From Azolla caroliniana (lineage: Eukaryota > Plantae > Polypodiophyta): 64,000 nt of DNA. The first letter of the stretch is position 1. Every line of letters starts with the position of its first letter. Both the position numbers and the translations under genes were made by a program. The notes below the pieces were generated by a model that saw nothing but the letters and a program-made list of their open reading frames with translations, had not been told where the DNA came from and did no database searches. The stretch lies in the NCBI GenBank assembly GCA_043228905.1, contig JBHGNT010000011.1, forward strand, positions 17,918,001 through 17,982,000, in the 5' to 3' direction. Shown one piece after another: positions 1 to 14,200 of the stretch.

Positions 1-180
1 TGAAACAAATTAGCGGTGCATATGTAATTCAATAATTTCATTCATAGAGTGAAACAAGATCTATCAAAGAAAAACTATTTTTTGATATAAGATTGATTTG
101 ATTTGATTTCATGGTCGGCAAATAAAAATGTACACGGGGAAAAACTAAAAACCAATCGCAGATATTACAAAAGAACACAC

Positions 181-228
181 CGAGATTTTCCTTGGAGAGG
201 TATCTGAATTAGGCTCAAGGCCAACCAT
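181..228 (-). CDS. Possible first coding exon (MVGLEPNSDTSPRKIS) of a gene continuing beyond the left edge
   Basis: ATG at 228, 16 open codons, then a GT donor (TCG|gtgtgt) at 180. It is preceded on the minus strand by a CT-rich leader and tef-like motifs at 349-418. No recognisable homology. Confidence 0.3.
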
Positions 229-1443
229 AGCATCAGTGCGCCTTTGCTGCCTTTCTCTAGGGAGGGAGAAGAAGGAATGGATTTTTCTTAGAAATAAAAA
301 GAAAGAAGAAAAACCTTGTCACCGCTGCATCTTTCCATGGTGATTTCTTTAATTATCCAGAATGCCCCCCCTGCCTTTCTCGATCTCTCAACGTTTTCTT
401 TAATTTCAAAAATGCCATCTATTCTATATCTGGCCGTTGGCTTGGTGGTTTATACCCAAATTCAATCCTTGCCATGGGCTCTTAAGTGTTGCCAAATCGT
501 GGACAAACTCATACAATACTCAATCAATCCACCATCCCATACAATCACGAGACAATCCCCCCCCCCCCCCCCCCTTTATGGAAGTGGAGTAACAATTTTG
601 AACGTTAGTTATAGCCATTTTTGTCTAAGAACTAAATAAAGCCAAGGGAATGACAATTGGGGGAAAATGACTATCCTTTTCATCTTGGAGTTGATGTTAT
701 TATTATATATGTTATCCACACCTCGAGTTTGGCATGTTCTTTGGGGGCGGAGGGGATTTCTTCGGATTCCAACACGAGGTGGTTCTCATGTTAGTGTTGT
801 TTCCATGGGGACGTTTTAATGCTATATACAATATGAATGTCATCTCCTTCGTTTTAGTGTTTGATGTTATAAATTAGAGGTAACCACCCTCTTTTGATTC
901 AATATGATAGAGATTTGTCGCCTTTGGCTGTGGACATGATGTTTTTCTTATATGATAGGAGATCTCCTTTAGTTTGGATGGAACTTTTTCCTTTTTCTTG
1001 TACATGGCGTACCATAAGACCTTTCTTTCTTTTTGCATTGTTACAATGTTACGTACTCAAAAGATAATTTGCTACCCAATATAATCTGATAATTTCAGGA
1101 AATCGTTTCCTGAAATTAAAGTATTTGGAGACACTACTCAATGGGGTATGAAAATTATAAATAAAACATTTTGAGATTTCTGTTTTATTGTTGTGAGGTT
1201 CCAATAAGACATATATATACCACCTCCTGTTTGGATATATACAAACATGGGGGAAATGCATGTGAGATAAACAGAACATGGTAGAGAAAGAATCATTTTG
1301 TATATATATGTATGCATGTATACAGTGGCATCTTATGCAACATGCCCACTGAAATGTGTTTGGATAATTGTCATCCACTGGATCCATATGAAGCTGCAAT
1401 TTGCTAACTATGGATGCGTGGGTTTGTGGATAATAAATAGGCT

Positions 1444-4400
1444 TTATTTCTGCTTTCTTTGGGCAAGAGTTGATAAATATTCGGTAAATATAGACTCATA
1501 TCCAGGCAATTTGCCAAAACCTGCATCCAGGCAAAACAAAAAGCATTGGATTTCCAACCAAATAATCATTTTTTTACTTAACAATATCCACCAAGGAATT
1601 CCAAATATATGCTTTGCTTATTTGCCAAAAATGACTAGATTTGCTTAACCAAAATTAAGGATTTTTTAACCACATGATTTTTATATTGAATACATCAATT
1701 ACGGAAATTCACGTGGATGTGGCACAACGTATTAGTTTATAAGCTCCCTTAATAAATGTAGCACAGCTTTTCATTTAGATTAATGATTGATTGAACTCCT
1801 TCCCAATTCTTCAAGTTAGTGCAAGCCAGTGCAATTTCCAATCAGAAGCGTGATTAACAAAGTAAACTTCTAACTTTTGCGACAGCTATTAGTATTTCGA
1901 TGCCGTTATTGGCAAGATTCACGTCTTAATTGTTGCTTAAGATATAATTATGTGTTTAGTCTTAGTTTATCATGTGATACCAAGCATATATAGGTAATTT
2001 TGAACACCTGGGAAGTAATTGATATCGATTATATAGTAGTCATTGCCTTTCCCACCTTCCCTGATCATATCAAAATTAAAAAGGCTAAGACCCTGCAAGA
2101 AAAAAGACATCAGTATGTTAAAAGCAGTCTGAGCCTTAATGAATTAACCGAAAATATGTCAAAAAAGATCTTAAATTTCCATGATTATGTAGAAGGTTTA
2201 TTAAGATATTCTTTTTTAAAGGATGAGGTCTAACCAATCGGGAATGCAGTTCTCTTGATAGAGACTCAAGCAAATCACTAGGAGGTAACTCTACAGCAAA
2301 AAAGGAACATACGACTTTAGAACAGCATATAAAGAGATGTAGAGTGCATAAAAATTCCAAATAACACATTCATTACATAACGGATAGCTCACCACTGACA
2401 ATAGGATCAAGGAGCTCCATGTCAGCATACCCAGTCGAACATGAGATCCTTGGAAAGGGGGTTATACCAGTTCCTGATTGGTTTTCATAAACATTGGCAA
2501 GTGACAGCCGACGGACTACTTTCACAATATGTCCAACAATAAAAACCTTGAACAAAAGACCACCTGATAACAAGAAGATAAAAGAGAATAAAATTTCTAT
2601 AATTTATGACCAATTTTGGGGGCATAAAACGAAAAAGAGCCCTCTCAGAAATGCTGCACTTCTGTATTTTTTTCTAGATTGTTATGTTGTACGCATCCAA
2701 ACCATATACTGCAACCATTATTGGAGTTCATTCATATCAAGACACTATGGCATTTAATTTCTAGAAATGTAACCCCTTGAACTCATAGCAGTAACCCATT
2801 GCTCCTTTCCTCCTTGTATGCACAGAGAAAGAGGGGAGGCTGAAAGCCCTTTTCTTCTCAAATTGACCCTAGTACTCATCATCCATCATGATCATTGATA
2901 TGGTATCTATTTCCATTCAGTAATCAAACATTCAGACTTGAGAATGAAGGAACAGAAGATTTACTAATGTCTTCGAAGAAACCAAACACCAGATTACATG
3001 ATTAAATGTTGAGTACTAGAGAAGTTGGTTTTTGTTAGATATGCTTGATTCTTTACATACCATGATTGATGAATTCCTGAAGTACCAAAGGTGGTGTGAG
3101 TTCAGACAAAGAAACTGTATTGAATGCCAAAGAAAGTGCATGCGCTTTTGCTGAGTCATCGATTAAAAGTGGTTTTGCAACTGTCAAAAAGCACACAAAT
3201 GCAGAACTCCACATGAGTAAAAAATTCCCAATGAATTTAAACTGTACAGCTAATAACCCGTGAGGCATAACAATTCAACCTAATGGAAACTTTAGCCCTG
3301 CCTTCGACACTTTTTCATGTATGATGATAGGGTCACAATACACCACAAGCTGCTTTGGTGCCCGCACATTGCCTGAGACATGTAGCCAAGAGATAAATTG
3401 ATCATTTGATGGTGTTAAAAGAAATGAAAGTGACAACAACAAACAAGAACTTTTGCAAAAATTTAAACCTTGTGGATGACAAAAGTTCAGGGAATCCACT
3501 TCCTGCAGCATAGATTTCCTGTTATAGACCTTTTGTATCGCTTCTGGTGGATCAAGAATCACAACCTCTGGATTTCTCTGCTTATAAGCCTGCAGCATAT
3601 CATAGAAAGACCAACAGTAAATCATTGACAATAGAGAAGCACCAAAGCTTGTATTAAACAAGCACAAAGAATAGTTTGTACCTCCAGTTGTTGGTGCCAA
3701 GAGTCCCCAAACAGCTGTGAAAACATTCAGGCTAAAAATGTTCAAAATAGAAATATGTTGACATAAATTTCAAATTGGCCTTGCAAATAGAGAATAAAGA
3801 AACAGAAAGACATTGAGATTACAAAAATATTCAGACAAGCTTTCTGTTGACCATTTTCAAAAATACCATTAGTTTGTATCCTACTCTCAGTATACATGCC
3901 CCAAATGCAATAATAAAAACCTCTAGGCGTTATGATGATGGCAGGAGACAGAGCATCAGAAAAGGAATGATATATGCCCATTCACAGCAAAATTCAAATC
4001 GAAAAACATCATACATAAATGCAATCAAAAGAAATTTGGATTTTGTAAGGAATCATGCATTCAAATTTCTCAAAAACCCAGGAAATAGTGTATGACAAGT
4101 GCTGCAAACAAAATGCATTTGGAATAAAAATCAAACTATGTGCTAAATAAACATTGTATAATAAACAAAACAAGGAGAAAAATATACAGCCATCCACGAG
4201 GATATCGGGAAAAGATGGAGACTGTAATCTAGAGGAATTGGATACTCACGTAATGTAGACAACAATAAGTGCACAGTGTGAACTAAAGAAATTGATTTCT
4301 CACTTTGTGAAGGATAACATCGAAGTGACCTTGCTCATCAAGTGGCATGTCGGCATTGATTGCCACAAATATGATACCTTTGCTCCTGTCATGACAAGGA

Positions 4401-4694
4401 AGGATCTAAATGTTAACCCTAGCATCCTCTGGTATGATCATATTGAAAAAAATCAAAGAGTATGGTTGAAGAACCATTTCAGCATCATTCTCAATGTGCC
4501 ACAATCAGCAACATTAGATAGTTGCGATCATAAAAACATATGATACCTAGGACCTTCCCTCAGGTATGGACATAGAGTTACATATGAATTACTATTCTAT
4601 ATGAAAGAGATCCAGCACATGGAGCAACACTGAGAAAGCACATATATACATACATACATACATACATACATACATACATACATACATACATACA

Positions 4695-4730
<36 letters not shown>

Positions 4731-4826
4731 TGCAGATAGATATGTTTGTAAGAGCATGTGAGTGTATTGTATTTGGGTCTATCTCTAGCCTTCGTTCAGC
4801 CCCCTAATGTACATATTATACATACA

Positions 4827-4875
<49 letters not shown>

Positions 4876-5212
4876 GCAGATAGATTATGTTTGTAAGAGC
4901 ATGTGATGTGAGTGTATTGTATTTGGGTCTATCTCTATCCTTCGTTCAACTCCCTAATGTGATGATTAATGGGTAGAGACAAGGAGTTTTAGACTAATTT
5001 AACCTTTGATGCACAAATTTACATCTGTTTTAGCCTTAACAAGACCCACTGATGCTTGATTAATGCATTTATAAGCATACTCTTGTAACAAACCCATATG
5101 TTTGAGGATGACAAATGTACCTTGCAAGGGTGACAAGGGTTGGTTGGAGAAATCTTTGGGTCTTCCGTGCATTGAGAGCATATCCGACTATGAACTCCGA
5201 TAAGGAAGACAT
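1444..5212 (-). CDS. ITPK: Inositol-tetrakisphosphate 1-kinase / Ins(1,3,4)P3 5/6-kinase (ATP-grasp), about 309 aa, 10 exons
   Basis: GT-AG exons 5121-5212, 4304-4385, 3682-3714, 3469-3589, 3280-3372, 3061-3180, 2393-2563, 2235-2290, 2008-2092 and 1444-1520 join in frame (930 nt). Motifs: [83 protein letters not shown]. The start is uncertain; an upstream ATG at 5428 via an intron at 5327-5410 is possible. Confidence 0.93.
4641..4960. repeat. Tandem duplication of a (TACA)n microsatellite plus about 90 bp of unique flank, inside an ITPK intron
   Basis: Two (cata)n runs, each followed by a near-identical tatatatgcagataga...tttgggtctatctcta..cttcgttca..cc.ctaatgt block. Confidence 0.85.
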
Positions 5213-5219
5213 AGAATCC

Positions 5220-5704
5220 CTTGATGATGATAAGATGAGGATGGTAAGGGCGATGGTGGTGGTGATATAGATGATGAGGATGTTGATTGATTTCGATGGT
5301 GATGTTGATGCTGATGTTGATTGATGCTGAAGTCAATGATGGTGATGGGGGATCGTGAATGTGATGGTGTTTGTTCTAGGAGAATGCAAATTGTATACTT
5401 GAGAGCTTACTTCTTTAACATCAAGCATCAATCACTCATTTTGCTTATTTCCACCATCATCATGGTCATGGATTACAGTGTTGAGAAAGTGGTTTCAGTT
5501 GGTGTGGATGATGATAATGATGGTGGTAGTGGTGATGGTGATGATGATGATGATGGATGATGATTATGATGATTATGGTGGTGGTGATGATGATGATAAT
5601 GATGATGATGATTATGACAGGTTCTTCTTCCCCTTCCAGTCCATTGAAGCTTAGGTAAGACGAGTGCAATAGCTTCACATCCCACCCTCATTATCTCTCT
5701 CACG

Positions 5705-5735
<31 letters not shown>
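5220..5735. repeat. (GAT/GGT)n and (CT)n microsatellite-rich 5' region of ITPK
   Basis: Directly visible trinucleotide and dinucleotide runs. Confidence 0.85.
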
Positions 5736-5841
5736 CTGTTCCGAATATTTACCTCCGGATATGCCCACAAAGAAGGAGAAAAGTATATGCTTACAAGAAG
5801 AAGAAGAAGAAGAAGAAACAAAGAAAAAGGGCAGGAAGTAG

Positions 5842-5860
5842 AAATTAGGGAAATACCCCT
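5842..5860 (-). promoter_or_regulatory. tef-box-like motif (AGGGGTATTTCCCTAATTT) upstream of ITPK
   Basis: Resembles the plant tef box ARGGRYANNNNNGT, without the final GT. A nearly identical motif occurs twice upstream of the F-box gene, near 57331 and 57429. Confidence 0.4.
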
Positions 5861-6196
5861 CCTCACCTTTTCTCTTAATCTTTCCAACATGCCCCCCCTC
5901 CCCTGCTTTTCTGCTTTTCATCATCATCTCCATGCCGGCACCCACCCGGGCTCCGTCCGAGTCGATCATGTATACATTATACATATATGTACATGTAACA
6001 TATATATGTAAATCGCTCGACTCACAAACATGTAACCATTTCTCTTCCGGGGTACTTCGTTTTGATGAAAAATGCTTCTCTTTTAGCTGTAACAAAAAAA
6101 AAGAGGCCCCTGAAGGGTATAGCATTCGTGAACTTATCCAAAAGCAAAAACGAAACGGGATATAGCCAAAATGGAAGGACGACTTCCTCGCTTCCT

Positions 6197-6237
<41 letters not shown>

Positions 6238-6984
6238 GTTTTTTGGTAAAAGCACACAATCATATTATTTGTATGTAAAATCCACTTAGTTACAACATTT
6301 CTTAGTCTCCTCTACCTATCATATGCCTATGTAGGGAGAGGGATGTTCTATAATGCTACTAAAAAACCTGAATATGCATTTGAGGAAATGATCCCCACAT
6401 GCATATTCAAACACACAACATACTGAACTAATCGTATCTTGATGCCTCCAAGCTCCTGAGTCCTACCAAACAATTATCCTACTGATGCATGCCTTTTGGG
6501 CAAGCACAAAACATCATGGCTATTATACTAGTGGTATGATTCTCTTTTCTTAATGAAAAAGTAGGAATTTCCTCTTTTCCTTTTAATTTTTGTGGACATG
6601 AATAGTTAATACTTTTATGTTATTGTTGGGAAACCTCAAGGTGAGGGAATAAAACACCCTTTTTAGATCAACGATTTCGAAAGATATGGCATTCCACACC
6701 AACTGTAACGGAGGTCCATCCATCTTAATTTTCCTCCAAGACACACACACACACACACTTAACCCCAAATAGAGTTCACGAAAAACATCAAATGATTGAG
6801 GTGAAACTCCTTGAACACAATAGTACAATCCACGGGCTTTGGGATGGGTCATGATGACTAATCTTGTCTTCTTGTTCTTTATCTTTATTTAGGGTATGAT
6901 AATTTTTGTTTCTTGAACAAGCAAATAAGGTTACAAAGCTATAGTTAAATTGTTTTGGTCTGATTGGCACATTTTTTAGTAACA

Positions 6985-8300
6985 CTTTTATTACTAGTGG
7001 GAAACCTCAAAGTGAGGTGAAACCCCACAAAGAATAAAGAAAAATATACAAGTGTCGATTAGACACGAAAGAGCTTAAAAGCACTCAAAGTAAATATTGT
7101 AAATTTGCAGTGTGATGTCTCTAAGTTGCAGACAATCAAATAGAGATTGCTTGAGGGATTGCTTAAAGAAGCTAACTTCATGCAGTTGGTTTCGATCAAA
7201 GACCTTATTATTGCGGGCTGTCCAAATGGTCCAAAGTGCCCAAAATCGTGTCCATTGGAGAAAATAGGCATTGTTGGATAGAGCGCACGGAATTTGTCCA
7301 AATATCCAAAAGTGGTTACCAAACCTTAGGCTAGGAAATTTGTGATAAAGAGAGGCACTTAGTCTTTGTACAAATGTTGTAGTGAATGAGCAAGTCCATA
7401 ATAAGTGTGGGACCGTTTCCAATTGTCCACCAAATATTGCACAATGCGGCGAGGACATCAATCTCTTTTGAAGATTCGACCCAATCGAGAGCACACCCAA
7501 TAGGCATCTCCATAGGAATACCCATTGCTTAAGTGGAAAATTAGAGCTCTATAAGCTTGTAAGCCTGTTTTCCCACTAGGATTGCATTTTGTGTAGGTTC
7601 CATAATGCATTTGCATGTTTGTGAAACCATGGGACAGGTTGCAACAACATATACATTGAATGCGTTGTAATGTTATGCATTGGAATAACAATGTTCACTT
7701 TTTGTAACATCCAATCTGGAATCCTGCGATCTCCATTTAAAGGTGGCACAAGTACTAAGGAAAGTATCAACTCTGTTACTTGATTCTAGATAACGCGATG
7801 ATGTGGCCCAAGACTATAACGACATATCATGTCATTGAAGTGCAATAAGTGACCTTGGTCATTTACCACATCTGCAATTGATTTTCAGCCTCTTCTTTGC
7901 TAAAAAATAAGTTTTCCTACGTTCTTGTTCAGCTAGCGACTGTGGGAATATAGCACTCCAACGTAAGCTTTCGAGGCATAAAGAGTTCCCTGTTGATCGA
8001 CACATTGACATACATTTTATTCTTTGACTATATCTATCATTGATTAGTTCTCTGTCTTTCACTCCCTATGCTTGGACGTTGTTAACCGCGTGAAGCTTTG
8101 TTTCACTATTTTGTCTTCTATGTAGTTGTATTCTAACAATGGAAAAGTTGCAGGTCTTCTAAATTATCGTACTCAATGCCCTTAAAGCCCAAATTGAGGA
8201 TCATGTGTCTGACAAATTTCCCCTTAATGTTGCATGTGAACCAAGTGTTTAAAGGGCATGACTTGGTCAGTGTTTCTACAACTAGCTCGTTTCAATAGTA
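6985..8300 (-). mobile_element. Decayed L1/Tx1-type LINE, 3' part of ORF2 with a zf-RVT-like domain
   Basis: Frameshifted reading W..RLTSL.SSNFPLKQWVFLWRCLLGVLSIGSNLQKRLMSSPHCAIFGGQLETVPHLLWTCSF matches the zf-RVT pattern. There is a stem-loop-like 3' end at 6998-7029. Confidence 0.75.
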
Positions 8301-8329
8301 AAATCATATCATTCACAGAAACCTCGACA

Positions 8330-8525
8330 TAAGACAAACACCCACAAAAGAATAACAACATACGAAATGAATTGTGATGCTCTCACGCTCCGAAAGAATA
8401 TATTTATAATGTGGTCTTAGGGGCAAAAGACAAACAATACACAATAGAATATTAACACACGAAATGAATTGTGATGCTCTAACGCTTCAAAAGAGTATAT
8501 TCACAATGTGACCTTAGGGACAATT
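8330..8525. repeat. About 110-bp tandem duplication
   Basis: cgaaatgaattgtgatgctct.acgct.c.aaaga.tatatt.a.aatgtg..cttaggg occurs twice. Confidence 0.8.
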
Positions 8526-9599
8526 ATACAAGATTATCTTAGTGATTTCAAAGCAAGGTACTACTTAACAATAATGTTATTTAGTTTCCAAACATGTTCT
8601 TTGCAAACTTACTAAAGAACACCTCTAGATTGTAATTTATGGCCACATTACCTCCCATTGACTAAAATGCATACATTGTCATGCATAATCCTTTTCACTG
8701 ACCTTTTATCAAACAAGATAATGCATGTAAAGCTCATCCTGTTACATTGGGTTTTATTTGTAAACATACCACTAGACAACTATAGATAGATAGAGAGATA
8801 TTTGTAGCGTCCATAAAGAGGCCAATATGCACTGACCCATAGGACCTAGCTATAAGAATTGGTTGAGTGAGTAAGACTAATGAGTCGTGAGTAGTTGTAA
8901 ATATTGGTAAGAAGTACAAAGAGTGAGGAGTTAAAAAAACCCTAAGTGAAAATTACTTATGATAAAATGTGTTTGAAAATAATAAATAGTTGGCCTCTCA
9001 AGAAACGCTTGACACAAACAAATTATTACTCTAAACATTTGTTGTTTCACACCTACAATGCTTCAATGTTGGCATGGTTGCAACACCTTTTTTAATCGTT
9101 GGGGCTTTAATGCATTAGGAGATAGAATACAACAAATCACTACAAACAGTTAAAACTTAATACTATTGATGTTTTGCTTAAGCAAATTGAGCAAAGTTCG
9201 TTCATTACTTGAGCACAAGTGGCAGGCACAATGGTATTCCATTTGGAGCTAGGTGTTGCATAACATAGCCATCATTTATGTATTAAAAAATAACAATGTT
9301 TCCTCTTCTATTGGTTGGCTTGTCCCGTTATTATTGGACGAACGTTTATGGTGTACACATAATTTTCTATACATGCAAAAGAACACATAGTGTTCTCTAA
9401 AAAGTGTTATAATATGATTGTTCGATGGTATTCATTGGTTTTTTTTGTATAAATATATTTCAAAGTTCAAACTATCATTATTAATATGTTTGGAAAATCA
9501 TACTACTACTTGGTCATATTTGTATATATTGTAATATTAATTTTCTTGATGTTTTTTTGTCCACAAGAGTTCCTAACACTTAATAGAAAAACTCTTTTA

Positions 9600-12500
9600 T
9601 CGCACAAGCTATAACATAACAAACCAAAATTCGTCACCACATTGTGATATAGTTGGACATCCACCCATTAGATTCATCATGTTGGTGGTACGACCAAGAG
9701 TGCACATATGATGGGCCAACCATTTGAGTCAAAGGTTCTTACTTTATGGATTTGTTTATTAATCATTTCAGTGGTTGGAGGATCAATCCACTATTGTATT
9801 TCAACATGCTTTGTCGCATATAGGGAACTCAAGATTAGTATCAAAAGGATTTGACAAATCTATGGGGAAAGATAGGAAAGAAGCATGTGGAATAACAAGG
9901 AAACGTGTTCTATGGGGTGAACTTGAGCCTTTGATAAGGTAATAAGACACTAGGGGAAGACACACAAACACTACACATCTATATCCTACCTCAATGTCTA
10001 CTTGGACTAGTATCTCATTAGAACTATTGCATGCACCACATCCATCTCAATGAAGTTATCATTTGATCCTCTACATAAAGAATACTATATGCCCTAACCA
10101 TACTTTTTATGTGCATCCATGCACCATATTAATTGTCTTCACTCCTTCAAAACCTTACAAACATTCATTGGCAAGCAAAACAATGGCTTAAAATCTTGCA
10201 TAAGTTATGCAGAATCTTTTTTACTCTTGTAAGAAGGTAACCATATTCATGCACATTTTCACATAACTAAGCGACGACATAATAATAAATTTGCTCTTCT
10301 TGTGCCCCATTGAAGGACTTGCATGTTCTTGGACTCACATTGATACCAACCTTTCTACAATTCTCAAAGAGAAAATCTCTTCCATGCTTCATACCTTCAT
10401 ATCAAAGCAAATTCATAGAACATTACATTCAAGAAAACTATTAGTTTGATTTTGGATAAGATAAAACATCATTGGGTTGTGAGATATAGAATTATAAAGC
10501 CATATTTCATGGATAAACTAAATCTTTGAAAGCCTTTAAATCGAAATTTGTATTCTCTAAAAGAGGAAACCCAAAGTTGTCATCATTTGGAAAAAGCATT
10601 ATCAAAAAGTTAACCAAGCAAACCTACTACATTGCATGTGGAAATAACATTTGTGAAGACAAAATCATGCTAGAGTTGATGCTAGCTAGCCACAATTCAA
10701 ACTTATCGTCCCCTTGAATCACCAATTCAACCATAAGAAGAATGCATAAGCAATAAGGTCTTATTTCTATTTACAGAACATGTGTCTCAAACTCGACCAA
10801 CTTGCTTCTTCACAACCTGGAATTGACCAAAAACCAACTAGTTCCTTTTAATTGTGTTGCACAATTAATTAATAAGTTGATGTCATCCACAAATTCCCCC
10901 CCAAAACCTTCACTTCCCTCTTAAAAGCATAATAGATCCCCACCTAATACACCATTAATTCATAGATACAAAAACATTGCATCATTTACCATGAGAGAGA
11001 TGACATTTATATATTTTGTCAAATGTAATTAATATGTCATAGCAATTAATACATTGTGTATCCAATATTTGTTCTTCAAGAAAAAATAATTTAAATGATT
11101 AAAAAGGTTTCATATAGAACATCATATGAATCATCACTAATTATTTCATCTTGTTGCATAATGATATCTTGATGCACATAAATAACTCATGAAAAATCTA
11201 TGCACAATTTTGTTTAAATCTATGCACAATCTATGCATTTGATTAAAGAAACATATATATGGTTACAACCCTTTTAGTTATTTGTAGAGGAATAATTTAG
11301 TTGCCAAGCATGTTCTCTTAAACATGCTTAACTTTTCTATTGTAATCAATGAAGCTCCATAGTTGGAAGGAAATTGATTATGCAAATCCACATCATGTAT
11401 CGTGGTGAAGTATATTGGGGATATACCCCTTTGGTTATCCAAGGTGGGTGGTTATCCAAGGTGTCATATTCGATTTCACAAGTAGTCGTCAAGCTTGATT
11501 AATAAAACAAACATACAATCACATTTGGTTGTTTTGACCAAATCAAAAACTTATTTTGAGCACAACATTACGAATATTACATGCATATACTCATGACATG
11601 CAAATCTTAATTTCTTTTCATTTGGAATGTTTGGATTTCATTCACTTTTCATGATTTTGTCATGATTACAAGTTTTTTTTATGTGTCCACACGATTGAAA
11701 TATCAAGCTTTCCTAAATGCCCCAAGAGGGTGGTAAGAACTTACAATTGAATTCATGCTAGAGATTTGGATATCTAAAAGAATGCACTTATGTATATTGT
11801 GAATGGAGTATATACTATGGATAGTTTTGAGCATACAACCACCGTTGAGAACTACTTAACCAAATGTTGTTTGCAAAGAAAATTATGACACTCCAATCAC
11901 ACTCTTGTCATGCATAACCTAATGACGAAATTGTTACTCAATAGAATTAACGAGTCATTATTCAATGTAATCCTTGTAGATAAGGCAATGGTTCATTCAC
12001 TATCAATGTTCTATTCAACTCCATAAATTAGACTAGAAAATAATAAGTATATTCATTGAAATATCACAATCATGCAAATTGATATGGAAAAACTTTTTGA
12101 CCAACATCAACATGCCTTTTCTGGAATGAAAACTCATGAAACTTCATCGAACATCTATATCAAGAAAGCTCAAGCACATGTATTCTTGATGAATACATAA
12201 CCTATTCTTGACAATCCAATGTTACCATTCACATAATACGCAAAGAAGTCTTATTTCAGGGTTTAATTTGGTTTATCCATAAGTGTGAAATCTCATGTAA
12301 AATTAGGACACCGATTGAAAATTAATGCAAATTTCAACATGTTGATGACATAGTGGAATGAAAATGGATACCGCAACATTTGTCACAAGTTTTTTCAACC
12401 CACACTTGAGCAAGGGATGATTGCAATATCACAATTGATATCATGCTCTAATTTTCAATTGTATGTAAAACACATATGCCCAATGTACATTATACACAAT

Positions 12501-12700
12501 CAAAACATCTCCAATGGGGTGTTATCATATGAGTCACTAATACAAATAACCCCATAAAAACATTGGACTTCACCACTTGAGAAGTTAGTCTTTCCATTTA
12601 AAACTCCATGAAAGCATTACACTACGGGATCCATCAGTCTTTGTCTCAACTCTCGAAGCACATGAGTGACTAGTTACAAATTGCTTCATACATGTAATAA
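9600..12700 (+). mobile_element. Highly decayed transposase-like sequence, possibly MULE/SWIM type
   Basis: ORF-poor, CpG-depleted stretch with remnants such as HTTTVENY...LVMHNLMTK (about 11830-11930) and SCSNF...KHIC (about 12440-12480). Similarity is weak and boundaries are approximate. Confidence 0.3.
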
Positions 12701-13189
12701 CTCTCAAATACCAAGTGTATTGCTTATGATTAGTTGACGACCTTTAGACAAGTTGTGCTTGGGCCAAGCATTAACAAGAGAGTGTTGGAGATGCCGATAA
12801 GAGCACTTGGTCTTGCCTACTTGGTGTTGCTAATGTCTATGTCGTAAATTAGGTGCTAATACTTTTTGCTAGCACATGTGCATGTGGCAACCAAAAAGTC
12901 ATTCCCACCCAAGCTAGTTTATCACCACTTTCACAATTGATTGACTATTGGGTTGGATATGCACTCTAATGTTATTTTATGACATGTTTATCTTTGGTAG
13001 ATGACTAACATGATTTGCTCAACATTGGGGTTGGCCATTGTATACCATTTATTGAATTCCTATGAGCGTAAAACCATTAATCCGTGTTACAAATTAAATG
13101 TTGGAGACCCTAGTAGTCGTAGCATGCAAGATGCTACCAATGGCCAAGTTTACTACCTAATAACAACCATTCCTCATGCCTAGAACATG

Positions 13190-13400
13190 CAATGCATTAG
13201 TAGTGAAGTGTCGTGCAACCTCATCCTTGTGTTGATTAGCAATGAGCACCCACAAAATTGGTAAATTGATACAAGTAGCAAACCATCATGTCATTAGTAG
13301 TGAAGTTTCATGCAACCGCGAAGCATTAACCTCATCCATGTTTTGATTAGCAATGATCACCCACAAAATTGGAAATTTGATTTTAGTAGCAAATCATAAC
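13190..13400. repeat. About 100-bp imperfect tandem duplication
   Basis: cattagtagtgaagt.tc.tgcaacc...ctcatcc.tgt.ttgattagcaatga.cacccacaaaattgg occurs twice. Confidence 0.75.
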
Positions 13401-14200
13401 CTAATTGTGGATTCTTGTGAAGATACCAAACTTCTTGTAATATTCTCTTATAAGAATGAGCTTTTAAAGCTTCTCTTTAAACTTGACATTGAATTAAATA
13501 CGCTCTTTTTCCTCACCCACAAACTCTTGGAGTCGTTTCCCATGGATTAGACCGTCAAGTGTTAGAGACTTTCTAATGTAAGCATGAAATAAGGAAATAA
13601 ATGAAAGATAGTAAATTAAAAGAGCGAGAACGAAGGGTGCCGATCCACCCGACTGCCCCTGAGTGAAGGGGTCGAGACAGAATCGTAAGGCCAACCTTGA
13701 AAGAATGAACAAATTTTCAGCATTTCAATTATAAAGTGAGGTTACAATCAAACCAAAACAGGTATGTAGAAGGAAAGAAAAAATGCATCATACACAGTAT
13801 TCTTAGGCAAATACTCCAATATGGAAGTGTTCAATACTGTTCATACAAATATACAGCAACAAGCAACTCAAACCTGAAAGGAAACTCCATAATGACAGCT
13901 CTGAAGTACAGCGATAAAATGAGTACCACAAGAACCAGGATAGTTGCTCCAAAGAAGACGCAACTGTTCCACTCCACCCTATTATGAATTCGCTTTTACT
14001 AGATGCTCTCATTCAATCCATGCTTCAAAGAATTGAATCATTAACATAGCCACCAAAATTTGGGAGACTGTCTGCTTATCAAATACTAACTTTTGACCAT
14101 ATCAGCAAGCAAACAAGTGCTAGAACAGCCATTGTTCTTTCGTTGTGAAGTTTCATAAACAAAAACTTCAAATAATCATCGCCCTCAGGAAGAGATTAAT

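Noticed and set aside
4202-4240. Plus-strand [13 protein letters not shown] resembling the ITPK micro-exon
   Set aside because: The true 33-nt exon ([11 protein letters not shown], 3682-3714) is present on the minus strand with canonical splice sites, so this is coincidence.
5466-6289. Poly-His, poly-Ile and poly-ER ORFs upstream of ITPK
   Set aside because: Microsatellite translations in the 5' leader and promoter region.
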